Source: Antedon mediterranea
Lineage: Eukaryota; Animalia; Echinodermata
Direction of reading: 5' to 3'
Assembly (NCBI RefSeq): GCF_964355755.1
Contig: NC_092671.1
Span: 38,698,304-38,762,303, forward strand
DNA length: 64,000 nucleotides
In this document: piece by piece, positions 29,101 to 39,215 of the stretch
Layout of the letters: the number at the start of each line of letters is the position of its first letter
Numbering within the stretch: the first letter of the stretch is position 1
Position numbers and translations under genes: made by a program
Notes under the pieces: model-generated
What the model was told of the DNA's origin: nothing
Database searches by the model: none
The model's input: the letters and a program-made list of their open reading frames with translations, nothing else

Positions 29101-32100
29101 TGGGAGACCAGTCTTTGACTGAAGAGATCGCCCAATATAATACAATATTTCAATTAAATTAATGTAATTTAGCATTTTTTTGATTAACATTACAAACTAA
29201 CTATAATGAACTTACATTAATTGCATATTGTGAATTTATTTTTTATGTATCTTTTCTAGCTGGTGTGCCTCCATACATGTTACCTTATGAAGCCGAGGTT
29301 GGTCAGCGACCTAGCTACGAGGATATGCAATTACTAGTGTCGGTCAATAAGACTCGACCCAAGTTTCCAGATGCCTGGAAGGAAAACAATCAGGTTTGAT
29401 TATTTTCACTGTTTTCTGTATCTATATATATCTATCCTACTGATTACCTTCATCCAAATGTATTTATTGACTGCGTTAATGCACAGCTCTACCCACTTAG
29501 CGATCAATAGTTATCTAAACAGTTGCGAAGCTAGTGTTCATGTTTCCTATTATTACTGTACTATCATGTCTTTATTGTGAATACACCTTCAGTATTGTAG
29601 AACTGATATCACTTTATGATTTATTGTTTTTTAGACATTTTTAAAAATTTGAAATAAGTAGCAAAGCACTACTAACAAATAGATAATTCAGTTAATTTAT
29701 GATTGAACTAGTTACAGTAGGACACCCCTATTCAGGGATACCCTTTTAAGGGGGAACTTTGCTGGATCCAAAAGGTGTCCCTTAAATGTGGTTCTACTTT
29801 GCTAGAGTAGATTTATTTAAAATAATGCCCACTTACTGTAAGCCCTGTCTGTGACAAAAAATGTGTGATGTGCCCATATATAGACATGATGATGTCATAT
29901 CACCACAATATGTGGGCATATCACCACATATTTGGGCATATCACCACATATTTGGGCATATCACAACCATATTTGGGCATATAACTTTAGTATGCAGTGC
30001 ACTATTAACCATAATTTCCTTGTTTTTACTCCCGCCTACATTTTTATTACAAATGCAATTTTTATTTAATTTTTCTTATAAATTTCTAGCAGGTGTTTTT
30101 ATACAATATATTAACATTTAAGACAACGATAGGAAGAAATCTAAGAATGCGATATTGATTATTATTAAAGTGAAGTCGTACATATGAAGAGATGGCTTTA
30201 GGCATCACAGCGGCTCACTAAGAACACCTTTAAATTAAGCACATCTAAATTGAATTGAATGGCGCAATGTTCCATTTAGCTGGTACTATCCACTAGTTCA
30301 TTAAGAATAGATCATTAACATTAACATTAACATTCATGTCATTAGGTGTATATACATTAGTATATATTTTAAACAATTCATCAATGGTGTCAGGAGCAGA
30401 TTTAGGCGGGGCTAAACAGGCTTTAGGATCAGTGCCCTTTGTATCAGATATATATCAAAGTATCTTTAAAATATTATTGATATCCTAATTTAACATTAAT
30501 ATTAATTTATGTTAAGTACAGTCATGAGGAATTTTAAACTTACAGTGGTGGCTGATTGTGTTGATAGGTTTAAGAAAAATAAATCGTGAAATTGTAGATA
30601 TTATAACATCTCATTCATCCATTTTCTTGACGATTGAGAAGTGTCTTGAATAATAAGTTACACCAGAATGAATTGTTAATAATCCATCTTGTGTTTAACG
30701 TCTATGTGTGACTAGTACAATCAATCTTTCTCACTTAATGACGCAAGACTATTCATCAATTTCAATATTTAAAGTTTCAATCAAAGTAGAATTTTCGGAA
30801 CAAATGTTAAATGCACACAAATTGCTGCTATGTTCTATATTTGTAGTAAATTATCCATAATTCTCATCGGAATTATTTTATTTTTTCAAAATGAAATAGG
30901 TTTTGCTTGGACATAGTATGTTTTCACTTTACCACGTGTAAAACTGGATGGAGCTGACGCTTTAATGTGTGTAAACCCTAAAGTTTTGCTACAGTAGGAG
31001 TGTATAAGAAAGGGGTATAAGATCACCCATGGTTCCCATAATAACAATATTATATTATGAATAATCAATATGAAAGATATGTACTTCCTTTTTGTGGTTT
31101 GTCACTGTAGGGCCTACATATATAAAATTGAATATTCATAGGTGTATTAGTGCTAGTAATTAACTCTGTATACACCATTATATACCTCCCAAATTTCACA
31201 CATAATGCGTGATTCTGTGCATGAGGGCCGTTTTTTTATGCCTCGCTCATACGTGGCTATTTCTCAAGCATCCATTAAAAATATTCAGAAAAAACATTAT
31301 TTTGAAATTAACTTGCTTATTTTGGAGGAAATGGCTTTGGACTGCACATTATTTAATTAATTTGAGCATAATTAGCCCTATGTTTATTTCTATTTTATGG
31401 TTGATGTAGTACAGGAAAGCCTACTCAATACGTCGACAAATTAAACATATAGGGCGTATGTCGCGATTGTTTTAAGTTATAATAAAATAGGGGGCACTAT
31501 GTATAATTTTTTTTATTTAATGTCTCATGCATTGGGCAACTGAAAAAGTTGGCAGGTATACCATTAGTAGGTACATAAACCATGAATTATTATATCTTTA
31601 TAAGGCTGTTTAATAAAGCTTAAAGCTTAAACTAGTTTTTTGGATGATTATTGAATTTATAAATATTATCTATTTTCAGGCACTACGTTCACTGAAAGAA
31701 ATAATGGATGATAGTTGGGATCATGATGCGGAGGCGAGGCTGACAGCTCTTTGTATTGAAGAGCGTATAATTGAGCTTATGGTGATGTGGGATAAAAATA
31801 AAGTGGTTCACTCAACAGTCAACCCAACACAGACTGACATTGTCAGGAATGGTGGTTCACAATCTTCTATGGACAGTACGGATTCCGCTGTAAAGATCCG
31901 GCCAAATGGACAAATTGTACGTAGAGAAATGCCTTCCAGTCGTGTGCCAGGTGTAACGCAGTCAGTGTCCGAGGAAGCTGACGTATCATCTGGTTCACGA
32001 TCTGTACCTCTAGAGAAAAATGAGCGTCAAGCTTTCTCGCCGGAAACCTGCAGCACGACGATATCCACTCATTCGGACATTAATCTCATGGATTTTACTT

Positions 32101-33356
32101 TTTCCCAACCCGATCCAAAAAATCTTCATCATTCCGATGAAAGCATTGAAAGGTTTACAACTGATTTGAAATACGCGCCTCGGGTCGGAGGAAACGAGGC
32201 GCTTGCCGAAATGTTCAGCTACAGCGAAAGTATCTCTCCAAGTCATTCAGATGTAAATACAGCGCAGACATCAGATATGTACGACAATACGGGATACAAC
32301 TGCAGTAACAGACCGCGACAGCAATTTTACCGAACTGGTAATATTCTTCCAGAAAATATGACGATTAATCAAGCTAGGCCCTTGAGCCAGTCTGGTAAGT
32401 CTGATACAAACAAACACAGAGAGCAGCAACAGTGCGCCCAAGCAAGACCCCATGAGCACACCAATGAAGGTGCTTCTGTTGCCAATGGTATGAACTCTGC
32501 ATCAAATACTCCTTCAAGATCGTTCAGAAACAGTCCTGTTTCAATGGATAATAGCACTGATGAACCCGAGGAAATTATTCATGGAAGCCCCAAACCGCGC
32601 CCTTCGTATTTACCCGTAGTTCCGCAAGTTCAAAATGGCACAAAGAAAAAGCTAGTAGCGGTTTATGTACCAGGATCAGGTCCAACAACCAAAATTCAAA
32701 CAGGAATCGCAAAACTAGACATGACAAATGGACGCTGTCATCCAGTCAGAGTTGCTACCAATGGCAACAGCTTAACTCGTTGTCCAAATACCGGGTCACT
32801 ACCGTCGGTCAGTCCTATTACCGGAGAGCACGACAGTAATGGCAATTTGCAAGCGGACAACGAGAATGGAACAGCTTTGAGCCACGAAGATCGTATCCTC
32901 TCGTATTCAGATGCGCAATTAGCCAATAAAGATGAGCAGCGATATTCGCTCGATTTGGACAGAGCTCTGCGGTGTTATGCTGCTCGTCATGACAACGGTA
33001 AGCGTAAGGCTACACCATTCCGCATAAAGCAAAGTAAAATGGCGGTGCACGACATGGAGTCTGAGAACGCTAATCAAAAAATGATGCCACCGCTTCTGTA
33101 CAACTCGCATGAAATGCATCCGTCAAGTCGTGTGCCAAACGGACAATTTTGTCAGATTGACCAACAAGATAAGTTGCACTCGCAAAGCAGTAATACGAGC
33201 GGCGGAGTTAGCAAAGTACCTTACAATCGCCTCGGAGAGGCAAGTGGTGGCCAATCAGAATCATCGGAGAGTAGCGAACCACTACTGACCAATGACAGTA
33301 GGGCTTGTGATCCTCTAATAAGTAACATTGGAAAATATAAAGTGTCCTGTTTGTAA
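5129..33356 (+). CDS. BMPR2: Bone morphogenetic protein receptor type II, long-tail form (wit-like), 1039 aa
   Basis: Coding exons 5129-5186 (signal peptide), 5760-5963, 18687-18872 (cysteine box CCCTTSMCN), 21670-22224 (TM helix, VAVK), 22517-22674 ([11 protein letters not shown]), 23603-23750 ([31 protein letters not shown]), 29260-29393, 31680-33356 ([12 protein letters not shown] plus long Ser/Asn-rich tail). All intron phases are compatible; total 3120 nt. [16 protein letters not shown] and the long tail are BMPR2-diagnostic. Confidence 0.95.
5989..6155. mobile_element. Kolobok-like MITE (short copy)
   Basis: ttaa-aagatatattgtcc ... ggacaatgcatct-ttaa. Confidence 0.65.
7094..8391 (+). 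mobile_element. Non-autonomous Tc1/mariner (pogo/Tigger-like) DNA transposon
   Basis: Perfect 24-bp TIR CAGTCAACTCTCCCAATACCGGAC / GTCCGGTATTGGGAGAGTTGACTG, TA target duplication (7092-93, 8392-93), subterminal accgga repeats, and a relic transposase start [10 protein letters not shown] at 7748. Confidence 0.9.
9761..9908. mobile_element. MITE family A copy
   Basis: Internal atatggtagtgatatgcccaa; right TIR agtttgatagtgtagacaaagcttta. Confidence 0.8.
10853..11081. repeat. 40-bp minisatellite, about 5.5 copies
   Basis: Unit gcaagaactgcagtatcacaaacaatacaatgttgtgagt. Confidence 0.95.
12374..13840. mobile_element. Non-autonomous DNA transposon, hAT-like termini
   Basis: TIR GCAGAGGTCCCAA / TTGGGACCCCTGC; subterminal gcggtag repeats 13730-13826; CpG-rich interior; possible 9-bp TSD acagtgact / acagtgtat. 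Confidence 0.6.
14149..14278. repeat. 20-bp minisatellite, about 6 copies
   Basis: Unit gcagttagttaactcaaaca. Confidence 0.95.
16279..16449. mobile_element. MITE family A (TIR AAGCTCTGTCTACACTATCAAACT, TA/TWA flanks)
   Basis: Both TIRs present; a partial oppositely oriented copy lies at 15840-15982. Confidence 0.85.
16740..16860 (-). mobile_element. Penelope-like terminal fragment with a degenerate minimal hammerhead
   Basis: Minus strand reads gatc-TTGAAAA-(stem II)-cGAAAcGTC-gatt, then attaaa and a (ttgta) tail. Confidence 0.4.
17765..18041. mobile_element. Degenerate Tc1/mariner-type MITE
   Basis: Imperfect TIRs tacagtatcctctggtataatcc / gggattatccccaaagatataccggta. Confidence 0.4.
18371..18525. 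mobile_element. MITE family A, right end lost, three internal 21-bp repeats
   Basis: Left TIR plus aaatatggtagtgatatgcct repeats. Confidence 0.8.
18979..19110 (-). mobile_element. tRNA-derived SINE, same family as 977-1101
   Basis: Its reverse complement aligns to 977-1101 over head and body. Confidence 0.75.
20078..20200 (-). mobile_element. LINE (L2-like) 3' tail
   Basis: (ttta)n tail and stem-loop cagggtggccc...gggccctg; a similar tail lies at 61259-61390. Confidence 0.45.
20361..20505. mobile_element. MITE family A
   Basis: Both TIRs present. Confidence 0.85.
21386..21580. mobile_element. Foldback (almost fully palindromic) MITE, Harbinger-like
   Basis: ttcacacctgttccggcacggttccggtcc...ggaccggaaccatgccggaacaagtgtgaa; the arms pair imperfectly along most of the length. 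Confidence 0.75.
22741..22908. mobile_element. MITE family A
   Basis: Both TIRs present, TA flanks. Confidence 0.85.
24560..25661. repeat. 30-bp minisatellite, about 37 copies
   Basis: Unit acaccaatgacagtgttcaaaatgcttaca, with variants and higher-order duplication. Confidence 0.97.
25768..25909. mobile_element. MITE family A
   Basis: Both TIRs present, TA flanks. Confidence 0.85.
26300..26470 (+). mobile_element. tRNA-derived SINE
   Basis: A box gtggtctaatgg and B-box-like gggtccaatctc, followed by a non-tRNA body; end approximate. Confidence 0.5.
26875..27362. mobile_element. Head-to-tail tandem trimer of MITE family A
   Basis: Three units starting at about 26875, 27053 and 27203; internal junctions tgatagctctaagct and tgatagctttaagct lack the distal right TIR. 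Confidence 0.85.
27755..28250 (-). mobile_element. 5'-truncated non-LTR retrotransposon (CR1/L2 group) 3' end
   Basis: ORF 27885-28247 has the typical RT-protein C-terminal pattern RR..DLHFLYK...DC...FNVP.R.LR....R.N...RL..LYN...DIF, followed by a 3'UTR and A-rich tail. A related tail lies at about 48883-48990. Confidence 0.75.
28917..29150 (+). mobile_element. DeuSINE / Nin-domain SINE fragment
   Basis: gtcttctcagataagg..ataaatcgtaggtcc...ttaaggaacc...tttcg...gtagggggttaccccggt resembles the Deu domain recalled from AmnSINE1 (GTCTTTCGGATGAGACGTAAAACCGAGGTCC...TTAAAGATCCC...GTAGGGGTGTTAACCCCGGT); hairpin-rich 3' tail. Confidence 0.65.
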
Positions 33357-33510
33357 ATAAAATGAATGGTGTAGCCTGTTGTAAACCTGATTATTCAGTG
33401 TATGTGATCACATTTGAATGCTTTTGGAAATGTGTATGCTGGAAAAAAAACTTGTTGAAAATTAAATGAACTTGGTTGTTAAGGCGATTTAGCTATGAAT
33501 ACAATACCAT

Positions 33511-33603
33511 AGAGCTTGCAACGTGTTGCAGCGACATAGGTGAAACGCAAGTGAGTTAACCAATCACAAGCGACAGATATGTTCTAGTGGGAATCGAGCG
33601 TAA
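33511..33603. mobile_element. Degenerate MITE family B in the BMPR2 3'UTR
   Basis: acgcaagtgagttaaccaatcacaagcga ... ctagtgggaatcgagc. Confidence 0.55.
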
Positions 33604-35406
33604 GCTGATGACATTGAAAGGATTTGTGAGTCGGCAGACTATTCTACAAAAATTAAAAACAACAAGTGACCATGCAACGATGATGACCTGCGACGACCTA
33701 ACTAGGTCATTTCAATTCATTATGGGACATACTTCCTCGCTTCCTACAATGACATGGTTTATGGTTTCTAGGTCCAGACAACGACCGACAATATATCAAA
33801 TAATCTTGTTCCTTGGTGGTCAGTCGTTAAAATGGCCTGTATACTTAGAATAATGTGCATTTCTTGCCTATAAAATTACAATAGACCTTCTAAATTAAAT
33901 GTTAAAATGTTGCATTATGTTTATGGGCGTGGACACTTCCATCTGTTCCATTTGTTGTATCGCAGGAAATTGATGAAACATTGAGTTCGAGCAGTTTGAA
34001 AAGTGCAGACTGAAACAGATTAGGAAATTGGAAATACCATTGTTATTGTATTTAAATTAGGTCTTTGATCCTTGTGTATAATAACATAATGCGTTTGATT
34101 AGTTTACAATGTTTTTTTATATCCGTTTTTATATATAAAAATCATTCATTATTTTGATTTTGTCTATTTTTGGAATGTGAATAATTCATGTTCCTTGAGA
34201 AAGAAAATAAATCTTGAATTTTACATTTTCAAGTAAAAATTGCGAATGAATTAAATTTGAGGATGACCGTGATGCTACAATATATAAATTAAATTATGTT
34301 GTTTAATGTATAAATTATTTCTGAATAAGACATAGATCATGGATGTAAAATGATTGATGGAATTGGAAGTAAATACCCTAGTTAGTACAGTAATTTAATT
34401 TTAAATACATTTTTTTGAATTTGATTACTCCTATCCCAATTCTGATGTTTTGATTTTTTTATGTTAGAAATGATTTGAATCAGAGGTACATCCCCTTTAA
34501 TTGACTTAAACCTTGATTGTATCATAATGAAATACAGGTAACGATAATTAAAATCAGGGTTTTTTAAACACATAATATATATTATTTATTAACAACCCAT
34601 TTATTGTAAACGTGGAATTGCAACTTTTACAATTAACAGTATTTGTTTAGATATATTATTATACTTAAAAGGATTTTAAACATCGCCCTTACCACCACAA
34701 AGATAATAAACACACTTGGGTGCAAAATGCGAGTGTACAAAAACAGCTCATTTACACAATTAATTACAATATTATCAATTATAATAATTCATGATTACGA
34801 TGTATGTATATATGCTGTATATTGACTTTGAACATAGAGATGGCTAAGCTACAACTGGTAGTGGTTGAGTCATTCCACTGTAACTAAAATTGTGAAAAGG
34901 TTCTGCCTCAACTACTTTCCATATAACAATATGTAATGTTTTAGCTTGACCATTATTTTAAAGTTAGGCCTATGTGATACATGTATGATATATGTATGAC
35001 ACTGTATCTAGAATTTTCCTATGATACTGGCTACTAATGTAGATACAGTGCCAAGAATTGCTACAAATTGTAAATTCTATGTTTATACATCATGAAATGA
35101 TTGTTTAAGTATTGTTTCTTCTCAAACGATAAAATTATGTAAATGTTGTATTATATATTTTTAAGAGAGTGTGTTTGGAATGAGAGGTGTACTTTTAATT
35201 ATTCCCTATTTTTTACAAGTTTAGTGAATCAGTATTTTATAAAATGCTTACAGATGTAAGTAGACGATAAGATGGGTACCTTATTTTATTTTATTAATAT
35301 TTTGAATATATAAAAATTGGAAGATAGAGGTACACATATCAGCATTATAAAAGTTGATTTTGATTTCTAAATTTGTTTACCTTTTAACTATTAAATTGCT
35401 GAAATA

Positions 35407-35589
35407 TAAAGCCCTGTCCACACTATCAAACTTTATGTGAACAAAAAATTTGATGTGCATATATATGGAAATGATGTCATACCACTACCATATTTGGGAA
35501 CATCGCACTTTTTTGTCGCGTGCAATGCGAATCTACAGCTCACTATGTCGGTCAGTTGATCAAACTAGTTTGATAGTGTAGACAGCTTA
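35407..35589. mobile_element. MITE family A with a nested Helentron/HINE-like fragment (about 35517-35559)
   Basis: Both TIRs; insertion ttttgtcgcgtgcaatgcgaatctacagctcactatgtcggtcagtt at a T-run. Confidence 0.7.
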
Positions 35590-36665
35590 AATGATGGTGC
35601 TAAACACACTTGCATCTCCATTTACACACTCACAATATTAAAACTTCTTGGGGCTAAATATTTGTAGTAGGTACTGTCATTAATTATTGGATTTTAAAAT
35701 TGCTAAAGAATTGTGGTTTAGCATTCTAAAAATACTTTCTGGAGTCTTTAAACTTGGTTCGAAGACGGGTCACCTTTTTTTGTCAGACTGCTAGTAATTA
35801 AGGCACTGTTAAATATTGGTATAATATGTATGCACCTTATTCCACTGGTAAAAACAATCTTCATGTACTACTGTATGTGCTTTTTATGCGGGTTTCTAAA
35901 AATGAAACTGATTTTTTAGACTAAAACTTGCAGCCTAAATGTTGAAATGTAAATAATCAAGTGTTTCCACCCTCTATAGTATTTGTGTAGTTAGTGTTTA
36001 AGCAACAAATTCATTGTACTAATATTGTAGCATTTAATCAAGGAATGTGCATGAATTTCTGGCAGGATTTCTTTTTCTTAAAATCTAACCAGCAATAGAA
36101 GGTACCTTCTAAAGACATTAAAACAACAAAATTGAATTGTAAAAGCGGTATTATGTGTTATATATACAAATAAGAAACGTGGAGAAGTTTTATAGGCCCA
36201 CTTTTATCAGTAGGCCAAATCAGATACCATCAGAAAAGTTGACTTTTTATCATAAAAGCTAAAGTTGTTTCCAAAAATTGTCAAGGCACATGCAGGTACG
36301 TAAACAATGGACACTTATTTGCCGTGTAGCTTAGCTTACAAATAGAGGGAATTATTATTTTCCATAAGAAACCGGGAGGTACGAATGATTTAAAATTTAA
36401 TTTTTTTTAATTTTCATGTACAGTCTGCAAAACAATCTGCTGCCCTCTGTCAGGTTCAATGGCTTCATAATTTAAAAAACTCAAATCTGAATTCATGCAT
36501 TTTTCTAATTTATTTTATGCAATATACACTGTAAATTAAAAATGTAATATTAATGGTATTGAATATAAGAATTGATCAAACATTCTGTCCAACAGCTAGA
36601 TACTGTTTAGTTTACAGAAGCTCTTGTTCTTCACAAAACCAACTTTATTTCATTTATAGTCCTCT

Positions 36666-38726
36666 TTATTTTTTATTTTTTTTCTTCATCAATTTTGCTT
36701 GAACTTTTTGTAATACTTTTGATGATCCCTTTTTCACAGATTTCTTGTTTTTCCCGCTCCCCTTCGTTGCAATACACTCGTCTTTTGCGTCATCATCAGG
36801 TAGGTCCGTCGTTTTGAAACTGATTTCATCGTCTGGGGTTACTGGAGCGGATGCTAGAAATTCTTTCATAGTTTCTCCACTTTTTGATTGCCTCGTTTTT
36901 GGTGTTTTATTTGTTTCTTTACTCTTTTCAATAGAAAGTAACCCGGAATTCTTCAGCTTTTCCCATTGCTCACTCTGTAGATAAAAAACAAGAAATTTAG
37001 AGCATCTATAAAAATGTAAGTAAGATATTATTGTGTAATGTTAAAAAAAAAATGTGCATTTGTTTTAAAGATGGCTGTGGTTACATACAACACTGTTTTG
37101 GTTCTTTAGTTATTTTACCAATTTCACAAACTATTTAAGACGTAAATGGGGTAACAACCTGTGACATACAGCCTACTGGGCTGAATCGCGCACAGGTGTG
37201 GACGACACTTAACTTTCTTTTCCCCTAAAAGTCTGTTTGCGTCGAGTGCTGCCACCAAACAGTGCCAGTTCATCTGTCCACAATAACAGGGGCTGAATGG
37301 GTAAACCCCCTGCCTAAACTTGTTACTTACACAACCATCAAATTCATAATCTATTCCAGCTTTCGCTATTTTCTTCTGTCTTCGTTTACTTTGCTTTGCT
37401 CTTTTTGTCAGCAGCTTAAGTACTCTGCTTCCATCAGCAGTGAGGGCACTGTTGTGTTTTGAAATTGCTTTTCTTTTTATAACAGAAGGATTGAAGAAGC
37501 GCCGGTCACAGCCTTTAAACATGTCTGGGTGTATCTTTTCTTTTGCGATGACATGACCTGTAATAGAAAAATAATATTATGGTTTTTTTTGTCCTGTACC
37601 ACAAACCAATGCTACATAAGTTGAAAATAATTGTTTTCAATTTAAATATTGTACATACAAGTACTCACATTTTAATAGTTTGTTGTAAGTGAGGTAGTTG
37701 TTCATGGTTTCAGCTGCAATCTTTGCTACCTCGTCAAACTCAAACTCTACAAATCCATAGCCTTTAGAGCGTCCACTCTAATGAAATAGTAAAAACAAAA
37801 TATAGTTATGTTCAGAAAGTCATTAAAAAGAACAAAATATGGAGCCTGTAAGACCCTTTGAATTATCGTAAATCAATGCACTATTATTAAGGTCAAGTGC
37901 GTTAATTTGGGAATCATGACTGGTTTAACAACAACTGATACTAACCTTTGTTGACCTACTGAGTTTCAATCTTGTAACTGTGCCAAATTGTGAAAAGAAG
38001 TGGCGCATTTGTGGCTCGAAAAATCCATGAGGAATGTGTCCAACGTACAAAACACCTGGTTCAATATTCGTGCTCTAACAACAAAAAATATGGTGATGAT
38101 ACGAAGAATGGTGACGATAGTATCGAAAGAAAGTAAGAAATATATTTTAGTTTTTATAAATAGTATTTATTATAGGTATGGGCCTACTAGAAACTTTAAA
38201 ATAAAAACTCAGTATTACTGAAAATTAATTTATAAACTGTTAAACTCTAAAAATGAGAAACTTTGTTCAATGTGCCCTCCCAGGCCTCACTTTTTTTTGT
38301 AGTAAATTCAAAATCAATCATTTTTTCATTCATTTAATAATAATATTGAATTAATTAAAATCATAATTGTTGTTCAAATCCCTTTTAAAAAATTTAGTCA
38401 TTACAGTAGGCTAGACCTCCTAGTAAGGGTCAAAATGTACCTTACAAAAAAATTATTAAGGCATTTAATAAAAAAACGAATCGTTCTGGGCCGAAGCGTC
38501 TTGGAGCGAAACATCCCGGGCCGAAACATACCGGATGGATAGAACTTGAAAGTCTAACCTGCCCGCCGCCGGGCCTAGCTAGGCTAGGCCTAGCTAGGCC
38601 TAACTAAAAAGATTTTAAAAACCAATTAAAACACTGAAAATGATATACCCTTGGTTTTAACTGCTTCACTTTTTCTTCGAACTCCTTTTGCATTTCACTA
38701 TTAAGAGCAATATGTTGACCTTCCAT
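36666..38726 (-). CDS. NIFK: Nucleolar RRM protein NIFK / MKI67IP (yeast Nop15), 283 aa
   Basis: Minus-strand exons 38726-38649, 38074-37946, 37777-37669, 37557-37331, 36974-36666. [69 protein letters not shown], then KIHPDMFKG and KAGIDYEF; Lys-rich C-terminus. Phases consistent (852 nt). Confidence 0.93.
37135..37316 (-). ncRNA. Candidate structured intronic RNA element in the last NIFK intron (family unknown)
   Basis: GC-rich island in an AT-rich intron that can form 5-6 helices on the sense (minus) strand, several with G-U pairs; see findings. Confidence 0.4.
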
Positions 38727-39215
38727 CTTATAAATTTGTTTTTATCTAACTTTTTATCAAGCGCAGACGACAAAAAACGAATCACACATGTACATTTTGA
38801 GAGAGGCGGATGATGCGCATGCGCGCCACCAAGATGAAAATGTGTACTTTCATTTTATAACCTTTAACCTTTGTAAACCATGCTTATAATTAATAATTCC
38901 TAATTCAGGATTTGAATTAAAATACTTGTAATCATACATTTAAAATAATTTTATAGTGTTGAATTTTTTTATTACGAAAATAATGGTTGTTACAACATTT
39001 TTAAAATTAATTTTATGTGAACTTTAAAAACATACATCGCGGTTGCTATAGGAAACCGATGTACACAAATAAAGTGTGTGAGGATTGGATCACAGTGTGA
39101 TTTTTTAATTGATTGATTGGTTGTGTTTCACACAAACACGTACAGAGAAATGAACAAGATTTATAGTTTTATTGTAGATAAAACAACTAAATGAACAATG
39201 CTTTAATTGGCCATA
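38727..39215. promoter_or_regulatory. Bidirectional promoter region shared by NIFK and MDH1B, with NRF1 and RFX X-box motifs
   Basis: Divergent ATGs about 490 bp apart; TGCGCATGCGCG (NRF1-like) at 38814-38825; GTTGCTATAGGAAAC (X-box RYYNYY-N3-RRNRAC) at 39042-39056. Confidence 0.7.

Noticed and set aside
33352-35955. Pumilio-type TGTAHATA motifs in the BMPR2 3' region
   Set aside because: A few copies are expected by chance in such AT-rich DNA.
37225-37300. RNase MRP or RNase P similarity on the + strand (aaaagtctg ... acaggggctgaat)
   Set aside because: The two putative P4 strands are not complementary and are too close together, and G-U pairs favour the other strand.
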